64,000 bases of DNA from Chiloscyllium plagiosum (Eukaryota), in assembly GCF_004010195.1 (NCBI RefSeq), contig NC_057719.1, positions 49,507,272 to 49,571,271 on the forward strand, written 5' to 3'. The position numbers and the translations under genes are program-made. Positions within the stretch are counted from its first letter, which is position 1, and every line of letters begins with the position of its first letter. The notes below the pieces were generated by a model. The model had not been told where the DNA came from, made no database searches, and saw only the letters and a program-made list of their open reading frames with translations. This document shows, one piece after another, positions 26,267 to 39,679 of this stretch.

Positions 26267-27519
26267 AAACTACATTGTTTTGACCATTGCTGCACCTCTA
26301 CCAGATCAAATTATTTATCAGATGCAAAATTGAATCAAGTAGAGAAGTTCTGCAAACCAAATAAAAGCTCTTTGAACTCAATGAAGTTTTTTAAACCTTT
26401 CAAAAATTACCACTTTATCAGTGAAAAAACATTGCAGCCTGACATTGAAAGGGCATTGAAGCCAGTGTATTTACTCACTGAAATGGATCTCTCAATACAG
26501 TTAACTGCTTGACTGTTGAATGATGTCCCAAATAATTCTTAAGCTTATTTTTGTTTGGCAATAATTGTAAAGCAGTTGCTTTGCTTTTTATCATTTTTTT
26601 TAAAGAAGTGTATATTAATGCATTGTTTAGATTCTTCCTGGTGGCCTTGGTTGTGCTGCTGTGAGGACATAGAAGGTTCTGTCTAAGTAGGATGTCCTAA
26701 TCTAGCCTGTTTGGCTAATGGAATCCTATCCATTATATTATAGTAATTAATAGTAATCCCCATCAGCTGCTTTTATTTGCTAAAAGGACATAGATGTCTC
26801 AGGAAAGGTCAGCAATTACTGCCCATCCTAATGGGTGGCGAAGGTGGCGAAGTTACAATCCATGTGTCAGGATACTTCCACAAATAGGGAATCCCAGGAT
26901 TATGGCATCTTGATCATGAGGAATGGCAATCTATTTTGAGTGTTTGACTTGAAGATTTTGAAGGTTTCTTCCTCTGTCTGTACCTTCCTTGCTGTTCTAG
27001 GTGACAGAGGTCAAGTTTGGGAGTTGCTACCAAAATGTTTTGGTGAACTGCTGTAGTGCTTCTTGTATGTAGTGCACGTTGCAGCCCTGATGTGGTAAAG
27101 TGAATGTTTGAATGGGATGCCAATTGCGCAGGCTGATTTGGTTTGGATAATGTTTCCCAATTGTTATTGGAGCTGCACATATCTATTGCAGCCCTAACTT
27201 GTGTTTTGTAAATGTTGGAAAGACTACAGAATCGCAAAATGAGAAATAAGTCACTTGTCACAGAGAATATCCAGCCCCTGAGTTGCCCTACCAGACACTA
27301 TGGTTGAACTAATTGGTTTTTTGGTCAACTCTAAAGATAGATACCAGTAACGGTCATAGAGTCATCAACATGTACAGCATGGAAATAGGCCCTTCGGTCA
27401 AATGCCTTGTGATTGATGCAATGTCTTCATGTCAAGTATATAAAATAGCAGTGATATGATTTTGAACAGAAGCATTAAACCAATCTACAAACTTTACACA
27501 AGCTTCTAAATATGGAGTT

Positions 27520-27900
27520 ATAAAGTCACATGTACAGGATGGAAACAGGCTTTTCGGTCCAACTCGTCCACGCCGACCAGATATCCTAAATTAATCTACT
27601 CCCATTGCCAGCACTTGGCCCATATCCATCTGAACCCTTCCTATTCGTATACCCATCCAAATGCCTTTTAAACGTTGCAACTGGAGCAGCTTCCACCACT
27701 TTCTCTGGCAGGTTATTCCATTCACGCACCACTCTGTGTGAAAACATTGTCCCTTAGCTCCCATTTGAAACTTTCTCCTGTCACCTTAAACCTAGTTCTA
27801 GACTCCCTTACCCCAGGGATAAGACCCTGTCTTTTTACCCTATCCATGCCCCTCATGCTTTTGTAAACTGTAATGTCACCCTCAGCCTCCGATGCTCCAG
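27520..27900 (-). mobile_element. CR1/HER1 3' end
   Basis: Reverse-complement similarity to 8200-8590. Confidence 0.85.
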
Positions 27901-28136
27901 GGTGTTCTTGTGGAATTTATTATGTGACAAGTTTTAACTAGTACTGAGTTCAACTGAATTTAAATGTTCAAATTAGTAGTCATTTTCCAATGCATTGATA
28001 ATTTTTTAATTCTTGGTTGACTATGTAGGAGTAACTTGTTAACAAAACAAGTGTGTATGTACATGTAAGTATAAATTGTTTAATATTCTGTACTCTATGT
28101 ATTAAGTTAAACAATCTTGTGATTTATTTTCTGTAG

Positions 28137-28260
28137 GCTATGGTTGGAGATGAGTGTGTGGGTGCCATTGTCTGCAAATTGGACATGCACAAGAAGATGT
28201 TCAGGAGAGGGTATATAGCGATGTTAGCAGTGGATTCCAAGTACAGAAGAAAATCCATTG
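28137..28260 (+). CDS. NAA30: NAA30 internal coding exon (GNAT domain): [41 protein letters not shown](G)
   Basis: Acceptor ttttctgtag|GCT, donor ATTG|gtgaga, 124 nt, phase 0 to 1. Translation matches vertebrate NAA30/Mak3 ([27 protein letters not shown]). Confidence 0.97.
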
Positions 28261-29807
28261 GTGAGACTTGTAATTTCAAATTAGCAATGCAATTTTATTA
28301 AAAATTGGCATGCAACATTCTTTTCATGAAGACTAATGTGTCAGTCTTTGAGATCACCTGAATAAAGCTAAGGGAGTTTGATTTGTGATTGAAGTGGGTT
28401 GTTCTTCACACTTTTACCTCCAATTGTTGTTTCTTTTCTGTCCTCCAGTGTAACTTTTTCAGAACTCTGGCTGCCTTAACATAGTTCATTAACCTTCTTC
28501 TCATTGATCCACTTTGCCTCCTAATCCCTGATGCTTGAATTTTTAAAAATTCTTTGTCAAATTGTCCCTAAGGCTTTGTGCCTGTTTCTTTCTCACCTCC
28601 AGTCTAAGAGACCTCTGTTTCTTGAAATGCAGCCTTCTTTGCACGTACTGTCCCCAAGTTTAGCAAGTAACAGCTAGATTTTCAACTGCATAGGTTCCCT
28701 GCTCTGTATTTCCAACCTTGACATGATTTGCCTTTCCATTTCCTAAGCTATCCTCCTTTGCTTGTCTATTTTCTCTTTTCATTTCTGTGAAGTTGCTTGG
28801 GATGTTTTTCAATGCTAAATACACCACATTCAAATTTCTGTTTGCATTTTCCCTCTCCTACTTCAGTTTCTAAAGTGATGCTAAATATCATTATTCTTGG
28901 TATCTTTTATCTCCATTTGCTGAAGTTCATTGTATTGATATCAATAATAGCTTATCAAACAGAAATGTGTTTTTATGTAAGTAGCAGCAGTGATTTTTTT
29001 TGATCTATTTTAATTTATGTTAATTATTTTGTCCTGCCCCCTTCCCTGATTTTTGAATCTTGTAGACCACAGGCTTTGTGGAGTTGGGAGTTAGTTACTT
29101 GTTACAGAATTTGTAGCCTCTAACATACACATATAGGGCTCAAACAATTTCTGGTCAGTTATAACCCCTCCCCAATGCCGAGCATGTTATTTTTTTGTAT
29201 GGGGTTTCACTGATCAGTTATCCTTGACATTCAATGGTATTAACATTAGATTTGTCATTGTTGGACACTTGTGCATTGCAATGTTATTTGCCATTTACCT
29301 GCCATGATCTTTTTGCATATGGGCACTGATTGCTTCAGTACCTGAGGAGTTGCAAATGGTACTGAACACTCTTCAATCATCAGGAACCATCTCCAGTTCT
29401 ATTCTTGTACTGGAGGGAGGTAATTTATCAAGTAGCTGAAAGTTGTTGGACCTTGGTGACTACCTTGCCATATTTGTCTCTGCCCAATGAACCAGGAGGC
29501 CTGGGTTCAAGTCCCATCTGTTTGTTCACTGTTGCTGAGTCAAAGTTCTGGAACACACTCCCTGTCAGCTTTGTGGTTGTAGCTGCCTTTAATGGACTGT
29601 GGCAGTTCAAAAAGAAGGCTCACCACCTGCTCCACAAATCTCTCAACAGATTGATGAAAAGTATCTACCCTGCTATGTTAGGCCTGTTGTGGTGCAGTGG
29701 TAGTGTTGCTATATCTGGGCCAATTGTTCCAGGTTTAATTTTGGATATATAAGTTACTTTTCAAGTGTGCATTTGAAATGACTGTATGCTACTGCATTAT
29801 TTTCCAG

Positions 29808-29863
29808 GCACAAATCTAGTGAAGAAAGCAATTTATGCCATGGTAGAAGGCGACTGTGATGAG
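29808..29863 (+). CDS. NAA30: NAA30 penultimate coding exon: (G)TNLVKKAIYAMVEGDCDE
   Basis: tttccag|GC ... GAG|gtacaa, 56 nt. Completes the split Gly codon and restores frame (124+56=180). Confidence 0.97.
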
Positions 29864-30399
29864 GTACAAAATGCTGCATCTTCCAGATTGCTATATTTAG
29901 GTCTCTTTGATTCACTAGCGCTAATTTTGATATTATTACTTTTGCAGTTCTATTATATTCCTCTCTTCTTTAAATATTAATTTCTCCTGAAATCCCACCT
30001 TCAGATGACCTTGCTGTGACCATTGACTTGTTCATTGATGATCTATTATCAAATATGACCATATCTTGCTCTTCTGTTTCCTGAAGTCCTTGATCTAATT
30101 GACCAAGAGCTAGTAAAGTTTAGTAATTGTAGTGAGTCAGGTTAAATTACAATCAAATATTTAATTCAAATTGTGAAATGGTAGGTCATCATTCTCCATT
30201 GGAGTTAAAAGGGCACTTCATTCTGAAAGTGTGTTTTCACTGAGTTAACTATCTGTATTTGTGTAGATATTATCCTTAAGGACCTATTAAGTCATGTTGC
30301 TTTCTTATAAGCAGCTGCACCAGCTTGTGAAGGTGGGAGGATTCACAAAACAGTAAATTCAAAAGTTGAGATGAATATGAAGACTGCAGCAATTTGGGT

Positions 30400-31370
30400 A
30401 AAAATAACCAAAGTAGTTCAGAAAGGATGAAAGGGCTTAACAAAGATAACAACAGGCAATTAGTAACTAAAGTGATGCCAGGATAAAATTTTAAAAGGTT
30501 GACTGCACTATAACTGCAAAACATTTGAAATAGAATAGAATAATTATAGCTCAGAGTTTGATCTAATGCCCATTATGGAGAAGTTACATATTGGGAGTTA
30601 AATATTCCAGGATTCTTGCTTTTTTTAAAAGCCATAGGCAAAGTAGAAAAGGGATTTGAGTGGGTGATGGTGCATAATCCCTCAATAAAGGATGAGATAA
30701 AGACTGTAATGAGAAATAATTTGAGAGTCATGGTATAGAATCATTTTGAGTGGAGCAAAGAAAAGTCAGAAGACACAGATGAGGTTTGCTGTAGGTCGTT
30801 TGACATTACAGCGCTATAAATCAGGAAATTGGAAATGCAAATAACAAGGCTAATACATTAATAAAGTTTTTTAATGATTTAGACCAGGCAATGCAAGTTT
30901 GCTGTAATAGTGTTGAGGACGAGTTCATAGAATCCACTCAAAGCAATTAGTTCTTCCACGTGATGTAGAAAACTATAATGCAGGCTATTTTAGATCTAGC
31001 ATTGTACAAGAGGCAGGGTTAATTTTTAACCTTGTAAAGGAGGGCATGAATGATTGTGATATGGTGGAATTTATATTCAGCTAGAGATTGACAAGGCTTT
31101 AAATCTAAACAAAGTAACCCAAGAAGATACAAGGGATTTTTTTTTTTAAGCTATAGTATATTGATCGTAGATAGCAATGATAAACATTAGAAGAAGTTAC
31201 TTATAATTGGCAACATATGTCCATTGAAAAATAAAATTTCCGAAGGTAAAGTGACTATCTCTGGCTAGCAAGTAAAATTATAGGTAGTATTAGATTAAGT
31301 ACGGGAGTTATAATGAAGAAGATTGAAGACCTGGAGGTTTATAGAGTTTAGCGAAGGGTAACAAAGAAAT
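30400..31370 (+). mobile_element. Highly degraded CR1 endonuclease region in the last NAA30 intron
   Basis: Remnants resembling WELNIPG, VESFWVE, AILDLALY. Confidence 0.55.
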
Positions 31371-33239
31371 TAGCTTGCTATTACAAAGCCGAATTAGACA
31401 CTGAACCACTTGGGTTACTGGAGCAAATGCCAAAGGCCTGATTAAGGAGTGTCATAAAGAAAGCATGAGAGGAGGTGAGTTGGACGGAATTCCTGACCTA
31501 CAGTCTTTGACAACAAAAGGCACCAATATCCAACAAGCTTTTAAAATTGAGAATTCTGGAGAGGCCAGAATTAGATGAGCTGGTGTTTTAAAGACTTATG
31601 GGTCTGGAGGAGACCACAGGGAGGGAGGGCAAGGTCATGGAGGATTTTGAACTAGGATGACAAGTTTGAAATCCAACATATTGACCAAAGGTTAATGTTG
31701 CAAGTGCAGGGTTGACAGCCAAAGGCTGTGGGTGTGAGGATGGACATACAAAGCAGAATTTTAAATGATTCCAAGTTTGCAGAATATATAATCTGGAGAC
31801 CAACCAGAAGGACGGCTTAATCGTAATGTCAAGAGGTAACAGAGACACAAGGGTTTTGGCAAACGAGGTGAGGCAGCAGTAAAATTGGATGATGTTAGAG
31901 TTGGTCAGAAGCTCATTTCAGATTTAAATAGACACCAATATTGCAAATGTATAGGAATGAAATAGAAGACGAGTTGACTAGCAAGAGAAAAACCAATTGT
32001 AAAATCTTCCTTAAAGTAAGAAATTAGCAAAAGTAAATTTAGGTCCCTCAGATACAAAATTTAGAACACTCGTGGGCAATTTTAAGAGTGGAAAAATGAA
32101 TACAGTTGTCTCATTTGAGCTATAAAGATTCCATAAGAACCCCACTCCTTCACCTTTCATGAGGAGGGGCAGCTGATAAAATGTGCAATTGATGTGGGGA
32201 AGTATGAGGTCTTTCTGTTTCAATTCAAAGAAAATGATTATTTCACAAATAGGAAAGAAACTAGGAATTAAAGTGCAAATTTAGGTGTCTGGTTTTTATC
32301 ATGAGGGAACTAGAATAGTCTTGTTAGATCTCTCAAAGCACAAATTTCAGTTCTGAGAACTGCATCTTGAAAAAATGATGAGGAAAAATATACTAGCATT
32401 TCTATTCTTATAGTGACCACAGGAAGTCCCATTGCTTTACAGTCAATGATATACTTAGATACTATTGTAATGTAGCAAACGTGGCAGCCATTTTATCTAC
32501 AATGAACTCTAACATCAATGTATAGCAGATAATCTTTGATTTTGATTCAAGCAATAAGACTGACTAGGACACACAACACTCCCTGCTGGGAGGTTCACCA
32601 GAAGGAAGTGAAGGCTAAAAAGATTAACTAATGAGGACAAACTATATAAAATTTATTTTTAGTCCTTTGAGTGTAACAGATTATTGGATGATCTAAACAA
32701 AATGATTGAAGTGATAAAATCATGCAACAGAATAAATAAAGGAAATAATCCTAAAATTGAAACCAGACCATATAGAGGTGAAACCATGAAGTATTTCTTT
32801 ATACGTTTTGTATATAAATTTGATACTGTTTCCTTTCTCACTCCTCCCTGCATGAGCATTTCAGAACTGAAATGGATAGATTACCTTAAGTACTAGTATC
32901 AAGGGATATAAAGCACATGGGATAAGCTACCATGATCTATTTTAATGATGAAACGGGTTCATGTGATAAATGGTCAACGCTTTGTTTATATGTTCGTTTG
33001 GGATTAAATTTTTGATGCAAGAGGGAATCTGAATAATTATTCAATGTTTAAACTAATAACTTTTAACATATGATTTAATCAGCATCTCTACAGAATATAT
33101 CAAATACAATATCAATTGCCCAATAAAATGCTCATGTGCCAATTTTTATTGTTTGATGTTTGTAGAATTAGGAAATATAAATACATAAACTAAACTTTGG
33201 ATATTCTAATAGATTTCTCTTTTTCTTTCATAAATATAG

Positions 33240-33377
33240 GTTGTCCTGGAAACTGAGATTACAAACAAATCTGCCCTGAAACTATATGAAAATCTTGGAT
33301 TTGTGAGAGACAAAAGGCTGTTCAGATATTACTTAAATGGAGTTGATGCACTGCGTCTTAAACTGTGGCTACGTTAG
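33240..33377 (+). CDS. NAA30: NAA30 last coding exon: [45 protein letters not shown]
   Basis: Polypyrimidine tract then aatatag|GTT; 45 codons + TAG at 33375-33377. Matches the vertebrate NAA30 C-terminus as I recall it. Confidence 0.97.
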   Translation, partial: VVLETEITNKSALKLYENLGFVRDKRLFRYYLNGVDALRLKLWLR

Positions 33378-35700
33378 AGAACTACGAAGAACAAGTTCAA
33401 AATGAGTCCTTTTAGCACGCACTGCAATTTTAAAGAATTGCTTTGCAACAGGACTCTTGATTTCCATGCAGCTCTTATCTGTCTGTGTCTCATTGAGTGT
33501 CACATACATTTGTTGCACTATGGCATGGCGCAGTTGTGCTAAATAAAAAAGGAATTTTTTCTTTAAAAATTGTCAAAATATTCATGGATGAATTGTGGTA
33601 CAAGAAAGAGAAACAGTTGTCCTGAGATGCATCGTTTCAGTGAAGTGAGGAAAGAAACAAAATTGCATGTCATTTGCAGTAGACAACATCTCAAATGACT
33701 TATTGGGGGAAAATGTTTTGTGGCTTCCAGAAAGCTTGTATGTTGAGATTTCTTCATGCACTGCAACAACGTTTCAAACAGAAATTTGCCAGATTAAATA
33801 CTGAACTCCTCAAAGAGTGTTGATTCTATTATTCAGATTTTATTTTTCATATTAAATTTTCCAGTTAATGATTCTTGGTACGTCAGTGACAGAAGAAAGC
33901 ACATGTTAGAAGTTGTGGGTGTCTGTGTGAACGTAACAAGAAAATAACATTGCACAGCCAGTGCATGTAGAGATCCACATAGTGTCTCATTCCTTGTTTG
34001 ATTGCATGCTTTTTTTCTTTCCCAGACAATCTTGGCAACAACGCTTTTACCTTTATTCAAACTATGATTTTGATTGGGAGTGACTACAGTTTTTTGATTA
34101 GGTTTTTTCTCTCTCTCGAGCCAAAGTAAAGCTATCCTTGCTTTAAGAGGTATCTGGCAATTGTTTTCAGAGAACTGGGACTTTTTGTTTTGGAAATGTG
34201 TATAGTAGCTGTTGTTTGTAAAACCCTTAGAACGCAGCTACATTTGCTGATTCTATATAATGCACCTTTCTGGTTTAAATTGACTTTTTTTTAAAAAAGT
34301 GGCAGATTGTATGTTTATATATGATTTTAACTAAAAATCTATTCTGATTTTTGGAAGCTGTGAAAGGCTGGATTTTAAAAATGATTGGGACACATTTTAT
34401 TGTCCATTTAAGTATGCAAGCAAGTTAGCTGCGGGTTCCTGACCCCATCTGGTGCAAAGGTTAGTCCTTTCGAAAGTAAGTTGTAAATTCTAAGTGCATA
34501 ATACTTAATTTCAGTTCAATATCTCTATGCCTCCTGCAGCGTTCCTCTTTCTTTCCTTTTCGAGCTAATGAATGCTTTCACCCTTGAATACATGAATACT
34601 TGGGTCTGTACTGCTTCACATGGTTCAAAGGTACTTAATCTGCCTTATTTCTCAAAGGATAGATGGCACTGAGCAATGGATTTGATACTTTCGTCAGTTT
34701 ACAAATACGAAGCATCAGATGGAGATTGGAGTAAAACCTTGGGTTTATGGAGTAAAACCTTGGGTTTAGATAAACTAACTTGATTACTTTGCCATACAGT
34801 TTTACTGGAGTTAAGGGTAGTAAATGAGATTGGGCAACTGTTCAGTATCTGATTCATTTCTATGTTGAATGATTGGGACTTCTATTTAGTCAGTAATTTC
34901 ATCGCTGAATTTCACCGCTGACCCTGCTACTTCTCTCCAAATGAGCAGGACAAAAGCTACAGGAAAGGGTTAAATGGAAATTGCAATGTTTGTAACTTTG
35001 TAAGATGCAGTAAAATAAAGTGAAAAGTGGTTTTAAGAGACTGAAATTCTGTGGTTTAAAAAAATTTAATATTTTTGATAGAATTCATGCCGTGTCACAC
35101 CAGTAACCAAGTATTATCCCAATTATTTCACAGGTTAGAATACACCATCTTGAGGGATTCTCTGTTTTATTTCAAAGGAAATTTTAAAGTGACTGCAGAA
35201 TCTCAATTTGTGAAATGATACTCCAAATAACAATTTCAGTTTTATTGTACATCTTCGGAGAATGTGACATTTACCAAATGTGCCCGTAGAGTAAAGTTCG
35301 ATGTGAAACTCTATCTGGTAGTTTTGTTTTATGAAACAGAATTTTTTTCGACTATTGTTCCTTACACAGTTGCCTCTTACCATAAAGCTATATGGAACAG
35401 TAGTCATTTATACAACCGGTTATGGTTCATTGAAAGCCATATAAAATCATTCTTCCACCTTGTAGAACTACTTTATTCAATCTTTCTAAAATCCTCAAGT
35501 ATGAATCCACATATTTCATTGCAACTTAAATTGTAAAATTTCCAAAGGCAGGAAAGTGGAGGTCTAATATTTATCAATGTTTGCCTCCACTGTTTTACTG
35601 TTGTACTATGCAGTATGTACATATGCTATAAGAGTACATTTTTCAACAGAAAATCTTTTGAATTTTGGCAATAAATAACTCCTATACCTCAATGCTACTG
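33378..35700 (+). other. NAA30: Putative NAA30 3' UTR with candidate poly(A) signals
   Basis: About 2.4 kb with no recognisable TE directly after the stop codon. AATAAA at 33542, 35014 and 35670. True end unknown. Confidence 0.6.
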
Positions 35701-35979
35701 GATGTAATAATGTTCAAATTTGACATTTATGTACTGAAGCAGTTTAAAATTTTAGTAAATGGTTTCCAAGGAAATACATCTATTTGCACAGTATTTTTAA
35801 ATTTATGCACACAATTCAGACCCAACCTCTATAACCTACAACCCTCCGAGATATTGACATGCCTCCAATCCTTTAAAAAAAAACAATATTTCAATCATTC
35901 CAGCTTTGGTAGCTGAGCCTTCAGCTATCTAGGCGCTCGCTGCCCTCCACATTTCTGCCTCTCTACCTTGCGTGTAGCA

Positions 35980-36710
35980 TCATAGAGATGTACAACATGG
36001 AAACACACCCTTTGGCCCAACCGGCCCATGCAGACCAAATATCTTAACCTAATCTAGTCCCACCTGTCAGCACTTGGCCCATAACTCTCTTAAACCCTTC
36101 CTATTCGTTTACCCATGCAGATGCCTTTTAAATGCTGCAATTGTACCAACCTCCACTACTTCCTCTGGAAGCTCATTCCTCTGCATAAAAAAGTTGCACC
36201 TTAGGTCCCTTTTTATATCTTCCCGCTCTCGCCCTAAACCTAGTTCTGGACTCCCCCACCCCAGGGAAAAGACTTTGTCTATTTATCTTATCCATGCCGG
36301 TCATGATTTTATAAACCTCAATAATATCACACCTCAGCCTCCAACGCTCTGGGGGAAAAAGCTCCAGTTTATTCAGCCTCTCCCTACAGCTCAAATCCTC
36401 CAATCCTGGCTACCTCCTTGTAAATCTTTTCAGAACCCTTTCAAGTTTCACAACATCCTACCAATAGGAGGGAGACCAGAATTGCACGCAATATTCCAAA
36501 AGTGACCTAACCAACGTCCTGTACAGCTATAACCTGACCTCCCAACTCCTTTAATCAATACTCTGACCAATAAAGGAAAGCATACCAAATGCCAACTTAA
36601 CTGTCCTATCTACCTGTGGCTCTATTTTCAAGGAAATATGAACCTGCACTCCAAGGTCTCTTTGTTCAGCAACACTCCCTAGGACTTCACCATTAAGTGT
36701 ACAAGTCTCT
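35980..36710 (-). mobile_element. CR1/HER1 3' portion
   Basis: ORF 36173-36403 EDLSCRERLNKL...IEVYKIM...GESRT. Confidence 0.92.
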
Positions 36711-36844
36711 CCTTTAAAGACACCTGGTTCTTTGCTTAAAATTGCTTTATCTAACTCAGTGCTATATTTTGTTGTCTAGTGGCTCTGTGAATTAATTTGT
36801 CATTTTATTCTATTAAAGGCACTATATCAGTTGCTGAATTAGAA

Positions 36845-37190
36845 TATTGTAATCATGCAGCAGAGGATGTATCCATTCAACCCATCGAGTCCACGCCAAC
36901 CCTCTGAAGAGTATCCCACCAGACTCAAATATCTGCCCTATCCCTATAACCCTGTAATACCCATGGCTAACCCACCTAGCTAGCACATCCCTGGACACTG
37001 TGCAATTTAGCATAGCCAGTCCACCTAACCTGCACATTTTTGAACTGCAGGAGGAAACCATAGTGCCCAGAGGAACCTCGTACAGGCACAGGGAGAATGT
37101 GTCCAGCTTGCACAGTCACTTGAGGGAGGAATCAAATCTGTGTCTCTGGTACTGTGAAGCAGCAGTCCTAACCTCTGAGCCATCGTGGTG
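36845..37190 (-). mobile_element. HE1-like SINE
   Basis: Minus strand gcaccacgatggctcagaggttaggactgctgcttcac..., decayed V-domain and CR1-like tail. Confidence 0.8.
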
Positions 37191-37468
37191 CTCTTTTGTA
37201 AAATCAACTTGTCCCACTCTCTCTTTCCTCCTCTCCTCTCCTCCCCTCACTGTCTTCCATATAGCATTGAAATATTTTTCCCCCACTTTGTATATATCCA
37301 ATTCTGTTTTAGCCCCTGCACCTCCTTGGCCGCTCTCAACCTTGGCTTGATATCCACCCTAAAGTGTGAGGCCCAGATTTGAGCAAAATGGGAACTTGCA
37401 ATGAGGCTTAAACTGATTTATAGATGTTTAGCATAACTTCATTGCTGTTGAACAATATGGTTCTGAAA

Positions 37469-38614
37469 GGGTGTAGGTTTGCTCGCTGAGCTGTCGGTTT
37501 GATATCCAGACGTTTCATTACCTGGCTAGGTAACATCATCAGTGGTGACCTCCAAGTGAAGCAAAGCTGTTGTCTCCTGCTTTCTATTTATATGTTTGTC
37601 CTGGTTGGGGTTCCTGGGGTTTGTGGTGATGTCATTTCCTGTTCATTTTCTGAGGGGTTGATTAGCTGGTATCTCGATCTGTGTGTTTGTTTATGGCGTT
37701 GTGGTTGGACTGCCAGGCCTCTAGGAATTCTCTGGCATGTCTTTGCTTAGCCTGTCCCAGGATAGGTGTGTTGGCCCAATCAAATTGGTGGTTTTGTTCA
37801 TCCGTGTAGGGCTACGAGGGAGACAGAGTCGTGTCTTTTTGTGGCTAGCTGGTGTTCGTGTATCCTGGTGGCTAACTTTCTTCCTGTTTGTCCTACGTAG
37901 TGTTTGTGGCAGTCCTTGCATGGAATTTTGTAGATGACGTTGGTTTTGTCCATGGGTTGTACTGGGTCTTTTAAGTTTGTTAGTTTTTGTTTGAGAGTGT
38001 TGGTGGGTTTGTGTGCTACTAGGATTCTTTGATGTTTGGTAAAAGAAGTTTCAGAAATGACGACAGCCAGACTACTAAGACCCCTCTGAATCCTAGTAGC
38101 ACACAAACCGACCAACACTCTCAAACAAAAACTAACAAACTTAAAAGATCCAGTACAACCCATGGACAAAACCAACGTCATCTACAAAATTCCATGCAAG
38201 GACTGCCACAACACTACGTAGGACAAACAGGAAGAAAGTTAGCCACCAGGATACACGAACACCAGCTTGCCGCAAAAAAACATGACCCTGTCTCCCTCGT
38301 AGCCCTACACAAGGATGAAAAAAACCACCAATTCGACTGAGATAGGCTAAGCAAAGACATGCTAGAGTATTCCTAGAGGCCTGGCACTCCAACCACAACG
38401 CCATAAACAAATACACAGATCTAGATACCATCTATCAACCCCTCAGAAAACAAACAGGAAATGACATCACCACAAACCCCAGGAACCCCATCCAGGACAA
38501 ACATAGAAAGCAGGAGACAACAGCTTTGCTTCACTTGGAGGTCGCCACTGATGATGTTACCTAGCCAGGTAATGAAACGTCTGGATATCAAACCGACAGC
38601 TCAGCTACAAACCT
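37469..38614. mobile_element. Penelope-like element (Poseidon-like), inverted dimer of the GIY-YIG/3' end
   Basis: Arms 37469-38027 (-) and 38088-38614 (+). VIYKIPCKDCHKHYVGQTGRKLATRIHEH (GIY-YIG); a hammerhead motif near each outer end. Confidence 0.92.
38545..38584 (+). ncRNA. Minimal hammerhead ribozyme motif (mirror copy at ~37506-37545 on minus)
   Basis: cca CUGAUGA u guuaccu-agcc-agguaau GAAAC GUC ugg. Confidence 0.82.
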
Positions 38615-39679
38615 TGCATGTCTCTGAAAATTGTCCAATTTGGTTTATAGTGTCCTCATTGTTATTCCTATCAAACATTGCATTAAACTCATCAGTCATG
38701 TAATCTGCCCTATTTTCACTACTCAATCCAAGTCCTTCCATTATTATCGTCATCAGTGCTTGCTTATTACATTACCAGGATTTGTGCAAACTTTGGCTTT
38801 GGTGCATAAGATTTCAATGTCATTCATGTTATTAAAAAGAACAATGGTCAATACTATTAACTCCTGAGAAACATAACTGGTGCTTCCTTTCAGTTTAAAA
38901 AGAACACCACCACTACTCTCTGCTTTCTGTTCCTTGATCTTTCATATCCACATAGCTACTGTTCCTTTTAAGCCTGTGATGTGTTGATGACATTTGAAAA
39001 TTTATAGGGATTCTATGCTTCGGTGATAGAGGAGTTGCCCTTCCTGCCAAAATCAGGGCATTTAATTCTATTTAAGTAAACCATTCCTTGACTTTAAGTT
39101 CCTGAATAGTGAGTTATTTCTTCCTACCATTAGAAATTCATATTTTAGAAAGAAGTGAGAAAAGAGACTTGTGTCTTTGTATCAGTTGAAGCTAATCATT
39201 TGTGCAGATAAGTTTCAGGGATGTTGTTAGTGCAAAACAAAATGTGAATTGCATTTCCTCTGTTTCTTTAGCAATTACACTCAAAACTGCTTTAGTGCCT
39301 GTAGATAACTTTTTAAACAGTGCAGAAATGTTTGAAGACAGGAGAAGCTTATGGAAGAAACCAGTATCATTTAACTTTGGATTGTGTTCTTAATTCATAA
39401 GCTGAGAAGCCAGTCAGTGATCCAAGAGACTTTTCAGTTGCTACTTCAGCAACTGAAAGATGATGGGAATATAGATGAAGAGTTTGATTTTTAAAAATTG
39501 AGATCCCTATTGTAAAGAAGTGAAGCCAGGCTTACAGTTCAGGATCTATAACTAAACTTGCCAAAAATCCATTCTAATGGGCAAACTGAGGCATCCTAGT
39601 TAGGAATTGGTCAATGTAGTGTCACTACTTTCTCACTCAACATATTGGGAGTCTAGATGAAGTAGTTCTGTAATCATCC

